Assembly: GCA_036172245.1 (NCBI GenBank)
Contig: JAYWIR010000003.1
Span: 4,402,001-4,466,000, forward strand
Length of the DNA stretch: 64,000 bases
Direction of reading: 5' to 3'
Source: Raillietiella orientalis
Lineage: Eukaryota
Shown piece by piece: positions 38,301 through 51,250 of this stretch (within the stretch, counting starts at the first letter, position 1; the number at the start of each line of letters is the position of its first letter). Position numbers and translations under genes: made by a program. Below the pieces are notes generated by a model. It was not told where the DNA came from and ran no database searches. It saw only the letters and a list, made by a program, of their open reading frames with translations.

Positions 38301-38479
38301 GGTCCAGGCTCCTGCAGGGCGTTCGCCGTCGCGTGGGGCGCCACCCTCGCCTTCTCCTCGAGCACCTCATAGGGTCCGCCAGAGCAGATCCCTTCAGAAG
38401 AGGGCCGTCTTCGGGAAAAGGGTGCCCGTTTCCCTCGACGCCCACCGGCGGCCGCGAGACGGAAGGAGTCCCCTTCCTC

Positions 38480-39700
38480 GTGATGGAAATCCCGTGGGAT
38501 TTTTCCGTTTCCGCTGCTTCCCTTCCAGACATTCCCCTTTTTTTCCTGGTTCTCGCGGAATGCTGAAGAATTTCTCGCCCCCTGAGGGGGCTCACGAAGC
38601 TCGTCGACGCCGCCTACCCCACCCGAGGATTCACGTCACTCTTCAAGTTATGGGAGGGCAACCCCGTAGGGACCACCCTATGAATCCAGCAAGGAGTCCG
38701 TTCCTCTCACGCTTCGTAGGGGAACCCCAAAGGGAACCCTTTGCCCTGGTTTTCTCCGAAGGGAACCCTCTTCTTCATTCTCTCCAGAGAGGGCCACTTT
38801 TCATTTCCGGAGGAACCCTAAGAAAGGGAACCGCTCCCTACTTTCTCCTTCCTCTGAAGAGAACCCCGAACGCTTCCAGATTTTCTCTGAAGGGAGCTCC
38901 TTGAAGGGAGCAGCGCGCTTCTTGCACTCTGGAGGGGAGACCCCCCTGAAGGGGTATCAATCACCTCCATTTTCACAACAGGAGGGGAACCCCTAAAAAT
39001 TCCTCAATTCCCGGAAGAATATCGGAGGGTCAACAATTCCAATCCCGGCCAGTCGACAGGGGCAGCCGACTTCCATCGGTGTCGCCACACCCGAATAGGC
39101 CAACCAGCACCGTCCTGAGGGGAGGATCCTAACCTGCGACTCCTGGAGGCCGCCACGTGCCGAGACCGCAGCCACACGGCCGCCAGAGCGGGTCTGACCT
39201 GCCCCAGCTTGAGATGGGAGGCACGAAAGAAGGCGGCAGGCACGCGGCTCTGTCGTCAAGGGAACGTTCCGGCAGTCCGGCGGTGCTCTGAGTCGGGGTA
39301 GGAAAGGTTCACCTTTCAGGGCTGCGGCCCGCCCGCCCGAAGGTCCTGCGCGACGGGTAGCTCCGAGCTTCGGGACGAAGAAGCTGCACGGCTAGCTCTG
39401 CGAGTCCTCCTCTCCCGGAGAGTTTGACCTGGACGCTCAGCGCTGCGGAGGCGTCTTCCGCCCATCCGCGCGCGCGCGCTCCCTGGCAGCTGTACCCGCG
39501 CATTCCTCGCCTCCGAGTTCGTCCGTTCGCAACCCTTCTGGCACAGCCTCCGCCCTCGCCGAGCCCTCCCGAGCGCGCGCCGTCTCACCGCCAGCGGACG
39601 CCAGCCGAGGAGCGCAGACGACGAGGGGCAAAGGAAATTGGCCCGAGGAGCGGATTGTAAACTCGTTTATGGCCTGTCCTTCTGCTGCGTCGTGGTCGGC
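38480..39700 (+). mobile_element. Candidate YR element, copy 2
   Basis: Reverse-complement match to the copy 1 block (ccctatgaatccag, gaagagaaccc, gagcagcgcgcttct). GS*PAT near 39125 and DAQRCG near 39440. Confidence 0.5.
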
Positions 39701-39973
39701 GGCGCCTGGTCGTTACGGCTGTCTCCAGCTCTTGAGGTAATGAGGACGCGGAGCACAATCTGTGATAATTAATTTAGGGCATCCACGAGGCACGGCAGGA
39801 GAGGGGCAGGGAGGGCAGGAGCGCGGGGGCGAGCCCGGGAGCGACTCGCGGCTCGTGGGTGAGACGGAAGTCTGCGGCGTCCATCTCCTGGCCAAAGGGC
39901 ACGGGAGCTGTCGCCCTCCAGGACCGGTCGGCTTCCGGCTTCGCAACCATCGGCGGCGTCGCCACCCCACCTC

Positions 39974-41190
39974 ACGCGCGGGACTGTCTCCGTTCCTGGC
40001 ACGGCGGCGTAGACGCAACGTGTCCCGCTGCGGAATGCAGCTCCAGAGAGTGACCAAGCTGACCAGGGCCAACACCTGGATCTCCTGCCGGTCCGTGGAT
40101 GGCAGCTCCTGGCTGCAGGAAACCGTTCGCACGTGGGCCCGAACAAGGGAGAGAGCCCGCAGATGCGGCAGCGACTGCTGCACTCCCTTCTATAGCAACC
40201 GCCCGCTGCAGGACGTCATCGTGCAGCCCATCACGCGTGAGTGGACGCAAAGAGCCTCCCTAACCGCGGCGCTGCTCTCCCTCAGGGAACACCTGGGCAG
40301 TAACTAGCCGGCCAAATGGGAAGTCAGTTGCGAAATAGTCTTCGGACGCAGGAAACAGGTAGCTGGATCACGGGACAGCTCACGGACGCTGCGACCTCAA
40401 GCGCCCTACCGCAAGGACTATTGCGCTGGGGCGAGCTACTGGGAATCCCGCAGGAAGACCTCATGTGGTTCCCCCAGCGCTAAAGAACAACCGGGCCCTC
40501 CCCCTGAAGTGACAGGAGTCGCCACTGCTGGTGTTGCACTGGGGTCTCCCGTGCAACGCCCGCCAGTCTCACTGGACCCAGAGGGCTGTGGACCCCAACT
40601 GTTGCAGGTGCGGGGAACGGGAATCGCTCCCTCACCTGCTCGTGGACTGTGTTGCCCTCCGACCCCTGTGATTGCGTTACGCAACGGCCCTTGGTGCACC
40701 GACGGACAATCCCAGGGACGTGATGAAGCGCCTCTTCGTGCGCGATGCCCTTTCGCCTGCCGCATCCCCGGCAGCTCTCTGTTGCCGCCTACGTGGGATC
40801 GGATGGAGGCGGCCTGGAGCTACGCGAGAGGAAGGCGGGGCGATAGGGATGGCATCTGCTTGGCCCTGCGCTTCATGAAGACGGCAGCAAGATGGACCCA
40901 CCTGGGACCCATACTCGGATGGGACTTGCCGGCATCCTGGAAACGATGCAAAGGACGCCCTCCAGAAGACAGTGAGCCCTTTCCGTGCTCTCCATAGTTT
41001 TCCTTTTTTATTAACTTTGATTTTCTTTTTTTAATTTTTGTTTGCCCCTCCGCTGCCGAGGCTAACCTCGCCGGCTTGCGTGCCGGTCACTCGGCAGGTT
41101 CCGAGCATTTTCGGACGATGTAGGGCTGGTGAGTCCACACTTGTGTCTATTATTTCTTATAATAAACGATCTGGCGTCATCGGGTGTTAA
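39974..41190 (+). mobile_element. L1/Tx1-like LINE, 5'-truncated copy D
   Basis: Nearly identical to copy A over about 1.13 kb (offset 38450). TSD gccaccccacctc (39961-39973) / gctaccccacctc (41191-41203). Confidence 0.85.
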
Positions 41191-41481
41191 GCTACCCCAC
41201 CTCTGTTCCGGGGATCCAATGGGCAGCGCCCTTGGCACCATCCCGCGGGAAGAAGTTTCTTCAAGCCGGGCTCTGAATTCCTGCATCCCGAACCGCGGTT
41301 CTCCGGGTCGCAGGGATTCTTCACTGCCCTCACTTCTGGCCATCCGAGTCCTCTGCCCTTCCGCGTTTTCACCGGCTACACGAGCTCACAGTCCTCCTCG
41401 AGGAGGCACCGGAGAGCGCTCTCTCCTTCGGGGGAAGAACCCGAGGAAGCGTTTCTCTGGAGGCCCTCGAGTGATGTTGTC

Positions 41482-42172
41482 TCCAACCTCCCCTTAAAAT
41501 GGCAGGAGTCGGCTCTACTGTTACAGCACTGGGGACTCCCCTGCAACGCCCGCCGACACCACTGGACCTGGGGAGCGGTCGATCCCAATTGTGTTAGGTG
41601 TGGAGAACGGGAGTCCCTCCCCCACCTACATGTGGACTGTGTTGCCCTTCGTCCCCTTTGGTTCCGCTTTGCCGCGGCCAACGGAATCCCCTGCGGCAAC
41701 CCCAGGGACACCTTGAAATCCCTCTTCGTTGCCGACGCCCTTCGGCCTGCGGCCTCGTTAGCAGCCCTGTGCTGCCTACGTGGGATCGTCGCCGCTTGGA
41801 GTAAGGCTGCGGGAGGACCTCGCGATAAGGGTGCCATCCAGCACGCCGCCGAATTTTTGAGAAGGGCGTCGCGATGGCCCCACCTGGATCCAAACATACA
41901 GGAAGAGCGTGCCGCATCCTGCGAAGGATACAGCGTCCCCAGCAGCAACTGTGATCCCTTCCCGTACCCTCCCACTTTTTGTTTCCTTTTTGTTTAGTTT
42001 TTTTGTTTTTCCCCCTTCCCCCTGCTGCCGTAGTGGACCGTACCGGTCTGCGAACCGGTGACCCGGCAGGCTCTGTGTTTCTTCGTGCGTGGCTGGCGCA
42101 ATGGTCCAGCCACAGCACGTCTTTGTAAAAGTTTATTTTCTAATAAACGTCCCGGCGAAACCCGGGTGAAAA
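41482..42172 (+). mobile_element. L1/Tx1-like LINE, 5'-truncated copy E
   Basis: Reads LPLKWQESALLLQHWGLPCNARR...CVRCGERESLPHLHVDC. TSD tcgagtgatgttgtc (41467-41481) / tcaagtgatgctgtc (42173-42187). Ends aataaacgtcccggcgaaacccgggtgaaaa. Confidence 0.85.
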
Positions 42173-42899
42173 TCAAGTGATGCTGTCGTCGCGGGAACCA
42201 GGAGCGCGCAGGACACGGCGAACCCAAGATCTCTGAAGGGTGGGGAAGACCAGCTGACCTGAAATGCTCAGGAGGCGGCGCCGCTTCGAGGGATCTCCTG
42301 ACCGACCGGTGAGCAGACGCGCAGCGCGCGGCGAGGTCGCTGCTGCGCTGACCTGGCTGCGGACCTCAGCTCCGCCGGGCGCACGGGGCTGGGCGTAAGA
42401 GAAACAGAGCGATGCGCGCAGCTCGTGCGCCACTGTCCCTACTCCTCCTCTGAGCCGCGAACGGATCCTTTCGAGAGAGAAAAGAGGTCTTCTCTACCCC
42501 CCTCACAGATCCTGAAAGAAGGAGGACGTCAATTCGAGGAACGAAGGGGGGCGAAGAAGGGCGCTCCAGCAGCCGCTCTCGAAATGAAAATCCGCCGAAC
42601 CGCGGTCGACCCTCCTTCCGGACGGACTCCCCTTCGCAGCGAATCCGCGATAAGACATTGATCTCTCCTCCGACGAAAAGACGCCCCTGACTCTCCAACC
42701 CTTTCGTGCCCCCTCCCCCTCCCCCCAAAAAGTCGCACCGTTTCTCGGAGGGAGGAGCCAACTTGAGCCGATCGGAGCTCCCCATTGAGCAGGACCTTCA
42801 GTCGAGCGGGCCGCCTCCCGCAATCCTCCGCCGGCGGCGAATCCTCAGCGAGGACCCCGGCTCGACGCATCGCCGGACGGCCGGAATGGTCGCCGCCTT

Positions 42900-45800
42900 C
42901 GGACGTGTTTGCGACCGTCTTCATTTCATGAGCCGATGCCCGTCACCCCCATGAATCGAACGCGCCAAAAAGACCGGCTTCACCTCCATCCTGATGAACC
43001 CGGTCCGGCGCTTCTTTCGTTTGTTGTCAGACTTCCTCCAACGAGTCTATTCCAGAAGTTCCAGATCGAACGGAGGGTCCACCTGAAGGCACAGGAAGTC
43101 CTGATACAAGGAAACTGTCCATGAAAGCGATGGGGCGTGTTCCGGAAGAGAAAGCTGCTCCCCCCTGCCGGGTGCTCCTCTCCTAGACCAAAAATCAGCT
43201 GCTTCGGAACACATGATCTCTCGCTACATCCCAGTCGAACCCCTGAGCAGAGAGAGGATTTCCGTCGATTCGGATTTTGTCGCGCTGCACCTCTGGATTC
43301 TCCTCCACCCCCACCCCATTCATTCCCCCCATCCCGGAAGGCGACGTTCTCCGCACCACCACTTCTTGTTCCCTCCTGGAAGAGGGAAAACTCCAATAGT
43401 CCCGGGTCCCCTTCGTCAGCACCAGAAAGACAAGTCGACCCTGGGCTCTCGCTCTTACCCTAACGGCCCGCACCGCTGCTCCCCATCTAGCTTTGACTTT
43501 CGACCTGTTGTGTTCCCGACGCCGCAGGAAGGGAGCGCCCGAGTCTAGGGGAAGAAGGAGGCAAGGTTCTGAGGCTGCGGAGCCAAGTCTTCCACGTCGA
43601 GGCAGAGGTGGACCCTGGAAAAGGGCAGTGGCCACCCGGGAGCAAGCGGAGGGGGCCCGCAACCACACCTTGCCGCGTCCGCAAGGGGGAAAAGGGTGGC
43701 CGCGGGATCTCCTGACGGTGGCCGCCATCATCCTTCGTGTTCCTCGGATGACTCTTCGTCCCTTCGAAGACACGCGGGGGTGAGACCGACCCTCGCGTCT
43801 TCTCGGTGCTTCTCCCTGAGTGCACGCGACGGGTGCAGGAGACCTCCCCTGGCCGGCAGAGCCAACTGAGCACTTCCTGTTCACTCCGGAGGGAAAAGGG
43901 GGGAGGGGATGGACAGTGTCATGGGTCAGCCGACCGAACCCCCTTCTGCTCATCCGCTGACTTTCGCGCCCTCTGTGCGAGTCACGGGAGCGTGCGCATC
44001 TGAAAGACGAGAGGCGATCGGGACGCTGGGCACCAACCAAACCATCGAGGAACTCCAGAGCCTCGTTCCCCCCCCCCCCATCCGGGAGAATGCTCTCCTT
44101 CCACCCCTCCTTGAGGGACGGACCGGGAAACCGCAGGAAGGCGCGCGTTCCTTCCGCTCGTGTCCAGAACGGAGGGACGTCCGCGCGGCGCAGCCCGCTC
44201 GAGGACGACCCGCCCCAGGCAGGACGAGGGGTTGCTGAGGCGCGCAAGCCGGCGGCGTGGCTGCGGTCCCGGCGTGCGGCCACCTCACGACAGCTCGAGC
44301 TGGCGGCTCTTTTGAGGTCTCTGCCGGTCACGAAAAGGAGGGGGGGGGAGCTGTCGCCATCGCGCTAGTGGTCGCCGCCGCTGCCGGAGTGGCATTCGGC
44401 TGCGAAGCACCGCGAATCCCAATCCGGCCTATTTTCCTGCCCACCATGCAAAGTTCCCGACCCCTGTCCCCGCAAGCCTGCAGCCGCTGCCGCTGCTGCG
44501 CAACCCCGGACTGCGCACGAAGTGCATCGGCGCAGCGAGGAATCCTTCCGTGCGCTTCCGGGCGAAACCTCGGCCGGAAAGAACGCCGTTGTCCACCGTC
44601 TGGTCACTGCAGGAGCGCCCGCGCCTGGTGCTGCGTGTCCACTCTGCTCAACGTCTCACTTAGTGCGTCGAGTCCCCCATCGCGCGGCAGTGCGCTCGCG
44701 CCACTGCCGATGGCGCGCACACCGCGCTGGGGCAGGAGTCGCCCCGCGCCGGGTAAACCGAAAACTTTCTTGGCCAGTCATCTCCTCCCGGCAGCGAACA
44801 TGAGGGCCCGCGTGATCCCTGATCCACGAGCACATCCGCTTGCGCGTGGGGGAACAACCGGAGTTTTTCCGAAGCTTCTCCCGGGATGCGAGAGAAGCTT
44901 CGGAAAACCCTCTTCCTCCTGGCTCATGCAATCGCACCGTCCCTGAAGATTCCTACCGACCGGGTCCCCTCTTCGGGGGACTCTTGGCTTCCGGAGTCGC
45001 GCCTTCTTCTCCCGGGAAAGGGGAGCGTGTCCCGGAGAGGACGAGGCGCCGTGTTCCCGCCTTCCCTCAGGAAGGGGAAGGCGGCCCCGAAGAGTCCCTC
45101 TCAGCAGGACTTTGTTTTCCCGAGAGGCGCAGGACGGAGGCTGGCCGCGCCTCCCGGATGAGAGAGCCGGAACCGCGCACTTCGCATTCCGAAAGCGGAT
45201 TTTACATCCCCGATGGACTGGTTCGCGTCTTGTCATAGCGGGCGGGATGGAGACCCCTCCCTCGTTCCCTTTTGTCTTCCCGTCCAGGGGCACGAATTCC
45301 CACAAGGCCCGGGCCCTTTGTCTTAGCCGGGGAATGCGTCCGTGAAGCATTATTGTATTTCCGGCATCCTCCTCCTCCTCAGGAGTCGAATCTCCCTCTG
45401 GCAGCGACCAACCATAAATCAATGCGCGTTCCTCTTCTTGCAGGGCCGAGCGAGTGCTCTGGCTGCACGGAAGCGCATGCTGAGGAGTGGCATGGGACGT
45501 CGTTGAGGATGGCTATAGCACTCGCTCCCGGGGTAGCGACGCCTCTCCCCGCTGTGCAATAGACCCCGCGGCGCCTCTTCCCTATGCTTCATTTCTTCTT
45601 TCCTGAAGGTTCTCACTGGCTATCATCTTCGGAGGACTCTTGGCTTCCGGGGTCGCGTCTTCTCAGGGATTCCGAATTACCCCTTTCCTGATGACAACGG
45701 TCCATAAGGAGGGGGAATGCCTGGTCTCCAGGGGGTCACCAGGAATTCCCTTTCGCTTCCAGGGGGGGCAACACCCCCGCTGTGCAGTGGACCCCGCGGC

Positions 45801-46550
45801 GTCACTTCCTGATGCTCCATTCCTTCCAGCGGGAGAACCGCTATCTCCTCGTTTCCTCTTCCCTCTCTCTCTTCCTCCTCTTCTTCCCCCCATGAACCCC
45901 AACGCACCGACGGACCTGGAGGTGAACGCGCAAGGGAAGAAAAGGGCGCTTCCCGGTCCGGGATCAAAGGTAGAGAGTTTTCCGTTACCAATTGGGAAAG
46001 GGGAAGTCGGAATCCCTAGGAAAGACCCGTCAGGGAGCGTTAGCACAGGGAGTAGGAGAGATCATGGGAACCGCAGGCACCTAAGGGGACCGGGGCCCGA
46101 ACGAGAACTGCCCTACCTCGGCCATCATCCTCTGGCATTTCAAAGTGGTTGTGAGAGCCTCTAGCGCTTTCGGCGGCGGTGCTACGAAGCTCTTCGCACG
46201 CAGATCGCACAGTTCCCCTAGTCGCGGGAGTAGGAAGCATCCCCGGAGATGCCGACCCCGGAATTCTGGAGATCAGACGGCAGCAGGTTCTCGTCTGATC
46301 ACTAAAACGGACCCTTCGTTCTCCTCTAGCTGCCCCAGGGCATTTGTGTGAAGCCAGCAGGAGAACATACAGAGTAGGGAATAGGAATCGTTTCAGAAGG
46401 GGAAGGATGCCGTCCCACCTGCAAGGAAGAGAGAGAGACCTCTGACGTCAGAACGGGGCGGCGGGGACGACGAACGAACAGACGGCGGGATTGAGTGGGG
46501 GAGGGGGTCACCAGGCATCCCCCAGCTATCGCGCGACGCGGGAAGTGATT
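42900..46550 (-). mobile_element. Highly decayed near-complete L1/Tx1-like ORF2 (APE-RT-zinc finger); a possible ORF1 knuckle remnant lies near 47500
   Basis: Degenerate motifs in the expected order: SLQVGRH, GSVLVIRR, GKTKGNEG, ENKVLLR..RL, QEEEGFPKLLSH, FTR/RGDSCP, QTVDN, AAGLR, TRAFL..WKESILPDGGGG, DHVF, WTLRSIWNFWNRLV. Many frameshifts. Confidence 0.5.
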
Positions 46551-49500
46551 TCGCTCGGGGCAGGAGCCAGGCGGGTCAGCCGTCCTCCTGCTCTCCGCAT
46601 GAGAGAGAGGTGTCCAAGAGAAGGATGTGGTGCTCTCTCGAGAGCCGCCTCTGGCGCTGCGCCATCTATAGGATGAGCCACCTTTCCGTGCATAGCGAGG
46701 AACGCCCCCCTCCTCTTCCCAGGAGAGGGGCGGGGAGCGAGTGCTGCAGCCATCCTCGACCACAGGAGCAGAGAAACCGCGGGGAGCACTTGGCGCGCAA
46801 CGCACCGCCCGTCGTCCCCTCTTTTAGGCGAATGAAGCCACTCCCGCGCTAGGAACCCGCGGGAACGGGCCCGCCCCTCGGAATTTCTTGAGGGAACACC
46901 AATACCCCGATCGATGCCTCCGTCCTCCCCCTTCGCCGCTACTGACAGACCGCCATCTTGCCGGCCCACTGGAGCCTCCTCCCTGAGAACGAGAAATGCC
47001 AACGCGGGGGACGCTCCGATTCCCTGACGACGCCACCGAGGAACAACCGCTCCCAGTCGCCAGCCTCCCCGGGAAGCGGAAAGACCAGGTTGCAGTGTGA
47101 GGCACTAGCGAGCCTCAGAGTAATCGGGTGCGCACTGGGCCCAGGCCAGCGGTGAGACGCACCCGTCCCCGCTCCCGATCGACACCGATCTGCCCCCAGC
47201 ACCATGACACGCCGGTGCGTCTCCCGCCCCCGTTTGTTTCCTCGTCCCTCGGTGCTCGCCGCCCCTGCCCCCCTTTCGTTTCGGGCTGGCGCTCGTCGGC
47301 CACGCACCCCTCACCATGAAAATCGCCTCTTTTCGTTTCAGACGGAAGGTCCGGGAATCCGAGATGGGGAGGTGACTGGGCAGTTAGCGTGAGTTTGCAC
47401 TGGGCTTTCCTCTCCGCGACAGCAGACCACCTTTGAAAAAAAAAACAGTTGCTAGGACGACAGGAGCGAGCATCCGACTTGCCCAGATGTAGCCAACAGC
47501 CTTCCTGCCGAGAACCGCATCGCAACGGCGTGAACAAGGCAAGTGGTCTCCAGAGCTCGCCTCGATCTGAGGTCAGGAGGGAGACGCGTCCCTCCTGAGC
47601 CCCGAGATAGTCGTCTGGAAGCCTGGAGCACTTCGCTCAGGATACTGGATCCGGGGTATTCAAGCGGTAGCATCGGATCCGCTCCGCTCCCGGCACAGCA
47701 CAGTAGCAAGCAGTCCACTTGGCAGGGAGGCTGCCCACCTCCAAGCAGCTCTGGACGCCGTCCGGGGCGCCTAGCATGCCTTAAGATTTCCGACAGGAGC
47801 GGGGGCTGCGGCCCTTCTTCCTTGAGCGTCTCAGTGCCGTCCTCTCGAGCTCGGGGAACTCACTTCTTTCCGGAAAGGAGGGTCCGTGACGAGGCGGACA
47901 CCCCAGGGATGCTGCTTTCCCCAGCGAGAAGCGAGGAGGAGCACGTGGGCGGGGGACTCGTCCTGGAAACCGTTCGAGACGGGCCGGCGCGCGTTCCTTC
48001 CTTGTGAGGATCCTCGACTCACGATGGAGGGTAATCAGGGACCGGCAACCCCGGGGGATCCAGCTGCTGCCCGCCTTGGAGGGTCGACGGCTCCATCCCT
48101 CGACAGCACGGGTATCCCTCCCCTCTATCCCTCCCTTTGCTTGCTCCTCTCCCTCACCGAGTCATCGAGCGCTCCCAGATGCAATGGGAACGCGTCGCTT
48201 AGGGCTCTGAGGATTCGCATCCTAGATCCCATCCCCACCCACCCCCATGGGAGGGCTGCCGATCCAGGGAGACCGAGATGTGGAGCTCGAACGGTCTCTC
48301 CGGCAACCGCCGGCGCGTCAGAAACCTCAGGAGCGATCCAGCGGTCCCTGCAATGGAAGGCGGCGCGCGCGCGCGTGCGCCTCGTGGCCGCTCGAGAATG
48401 GTCCTTCGGGAGAGAAGGGGCCGCATTTTCCAGGAGCGGTTCCGGGATCCAGACAAGGCGCCGAGCTCAAGAGATGGACGCTCTCTTTCCCCTCCCCTTC
48501 TCTGCCCTGAAGGGCAGCACCGCCGTCACCACGGTCAAGCTGGCGCCCTCCCTCCTTTCATCCAGAGGAGGAGGGGGAGGAGCCACAACCGAACCTCTTC
48601 CCCTGCAGGCAAGGAATGGGGAAGCGGAGGAGGAGAAGGGGCTCCTGGCTCCACTCCTGGGAAATGGGACGACCGTTTCGCAACTATTCCCATCTCTTCG
48701 TTCCTTAGATCCTCCGTCTCAGCCTCCCTCCCGCCCCGTGGCTCCATGGGAGGCGGATGCGCTCGGAGGGCGCGGAAAGCCAACCCAGACCCGCGCGGGA
48801 ATCCCTTTGACATGGGCGTTCCGGGAAGCGGGAATCTCCCTGGGACCTCGTACAGCCGCTTGCTGCTGCAGAGAGCAGGCGGGACACTGGAGGCGTGTCC
48901 CCGAGGAGGTTGCTGCGCATGGATGCCCTAGGCGGTCTTGAGGCAGGAAGCCTGCGGCCGCCTTTCGGACCGACGCGGAGGTAAGCCAGAGGCGAAGCGA
49001 AGGGGGTCGCCGCTCGGCAGCGGCATGGCCAACGCATGCGCCGCACTCGCCGCCTTCGCTTCGTATCAGTCCTAGCGCCCCGCGGGCGGTGAGCGCCAAA
49101 CTGCCCGGTCCGACCGCTGGCATCTGGCGGCGTTGGAGAGATGCCACCAAGCAAAGCGACGCCTTCCCCCCCCCCCCCTCATTCTTCCCACGGAGAGGTG
49201 TTTGCTGTCCGGTGTTCGTCTGGAGGGTATTCGCTTGAGAGGAACGCTCGATAGCAGGATGTGAGTCGCCACGGAGTGGCGCCACCTGATCTGCGCTGGC
49301 GGAAGCAGCAGCCCTCCAGGTGACCCGGAGCGTAGGAGCTGCGGGTCGCCCGCGCAAAAAGGCATTCAAGGAAACTCCAGAGAACATGTGGAGGGGGGGA
49401 GTCAGGAGACCACCCTAGTGGTCATGACCTTCGAACGCCAGCATGCGAGTGCGCCCACCTTGCTGAACGCCCTGGGGCTATCTCAGTCAAAGGGCTGCTC

Positions 49501-50084
49501 TTCGCAAGGGGAAAAGAACATGGCCGGCTGGGCGGAGATTCCAGGGTCCAGGGGAAAGCTCGAGGTCATCGGGGGCAGGGAGAAGAATCAGACAGGGACG
49601 CGGAAGCAGGAAACGCTTGCCTGTGACCGATGCCTCCCACGGGTGGATGCCAAGGCCAGGCCACGCCAGAACGGTTGGTGGACCTGTTTCTTACGAGCCG
49701 CTTTACGAGAGCAGAGCGCTGGAACGCGCTTAAGACGCGACGTCATCTTTCTAAAAACAGCGGTCCAGATGGTAAGGGTTCAGCGGGCGGAATGAAAGCG
49801 AAGAGGAAAGCAACATGGTCGTCGGATCGAGGCAGTCGAACGCTGGGACGAGCGTGGGTGTAGGGAGGAGGAGGTCACTAGGTCACGCTTTCATCCGACG
49901 CAGGTCCTCGGGAATCAGGTGGAACAGCGTGAAGCCCGTCCACCCCACTCCCCATTTATTTCTTCATTCACTGCCCCCACCTTTCGTCTCCCGCACTCCT
50001 CCCTAGACGTGTGTTCCCTGAGACGGTTGTCCCTTTGGGTTGAGGTCGGCGCACGTCGGCCCTTCTTCGCATAGGGCTGTAATC

Positions 50085-51250
50085 TGATTTATTTAAAATC
50101 CCGTTTACGTACTACATAAGAAAACAGGCATCCAAACTGGGTGGGGTGTGATGTCGCACCCAGTCGAACAGTTCCTGGAGGGTGCTGCTGGAGAGGTCCA
50201 CAACGGAGACGGAAGGGGAAGAGGGAAGCTAGCAAAAAAAAACGAAACGAAAAAGGGTTGCTTCTGTAGTGGAGGGGGGAGGAAGGGGAAGGTACCACCG
50301 CTTGTAGCGACGGTCGCTCTGCATCCTGTTCAGGGTACCGTCAAGCTCTTCCTGCTGTGCTCCCAGGCTGATGCATCCCTCTCGACGCAGGAAATGGGTT
50401 GAGGAGTGGACGGAGGGCTTCCCTGCCTCCGTGCCTCCTCTCAACCTGGCAGAGACGATGCTGCGCAGGCATCAGGGCGCCCAATGAGGGGGGGAGGAGA
50501 AGACGCCTTTGTAGTGCCCGGAAGATGACTCAGTGAACCAGCAGACACGGAAAGGGTTCCCCTCCCCCGCACCTGGTAGTCCGCCGACTTTCCCTCTTCC
50601 AGGGACGGCGTGCAGTGCAAGCGAGCACCCTAGTGCAGTCCTAGCGGCTCTGAGTGCGACCGACTGACCGGTGGGCGGGAGGAGAGGAGGGAGGCTAATT
50701 GAAGGGCTAAAAGCAGCACCCTGGGATGCTAACAGCAAAGCGGGCCGGAATAGGAAGCCGTGCCTTAGAAGAAACTTCTGTGCGCAGCCGGGTTGTCCAG
50801 AAGCTTTTTCCTCTTCCGCCTTGCCCCGCCCGGCTCGCTGGAAGACTGGACTTCTCGTAAAAGTCCAGGAAGAGCCCGAGGGGAGCAATAAAAGGTTCTG
50901 GGGGATACTCGGGGTCAGAGATCAAGGAGGAGGGAGCAGCGGCGAGAGATCGGTCCGTCCTCGAGATGTGACCAGCCGAGATGGAACCAAAAATTCCTCC
51001 GCGCAGCGGCTTTGCAGGACAAGGGGACTCCCTTCAAGGTAGCCATGAAGCCGGGGGCAAGTGAATCCAGAACCAGCCAAGGAGGACACGAGCACCTCCT
51101 CCTGTCTGCCAGCGCAGGAAGATGCTCTTAGCCCCTATCGTCCCACCCTGGCTGAGATCACAGTCCTCAAGGAAGGAGAAAGTCCCAGCTTCCACCAGCA
51201 GAGATGAGAGCAGAGTTGCCACCCACATCGAAGGGCCTCCACACGAAGAA
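50085..51250 (-). mobile_element. Diverged L1-like LINE 3' fragment
   Basis: Decayed WFW...AKPLRGG and RVCWFTES..H motifs, T-rich tract and AATAAA (~50088-50093). Boundaries approximate. Confidence 0.45.

Noticed and set aside
42141..42172. Helitron 3' end (terminal hairpin)
   Set aside because: No CTRR terminus, and TSDs plus L1-type coding motifs are present.
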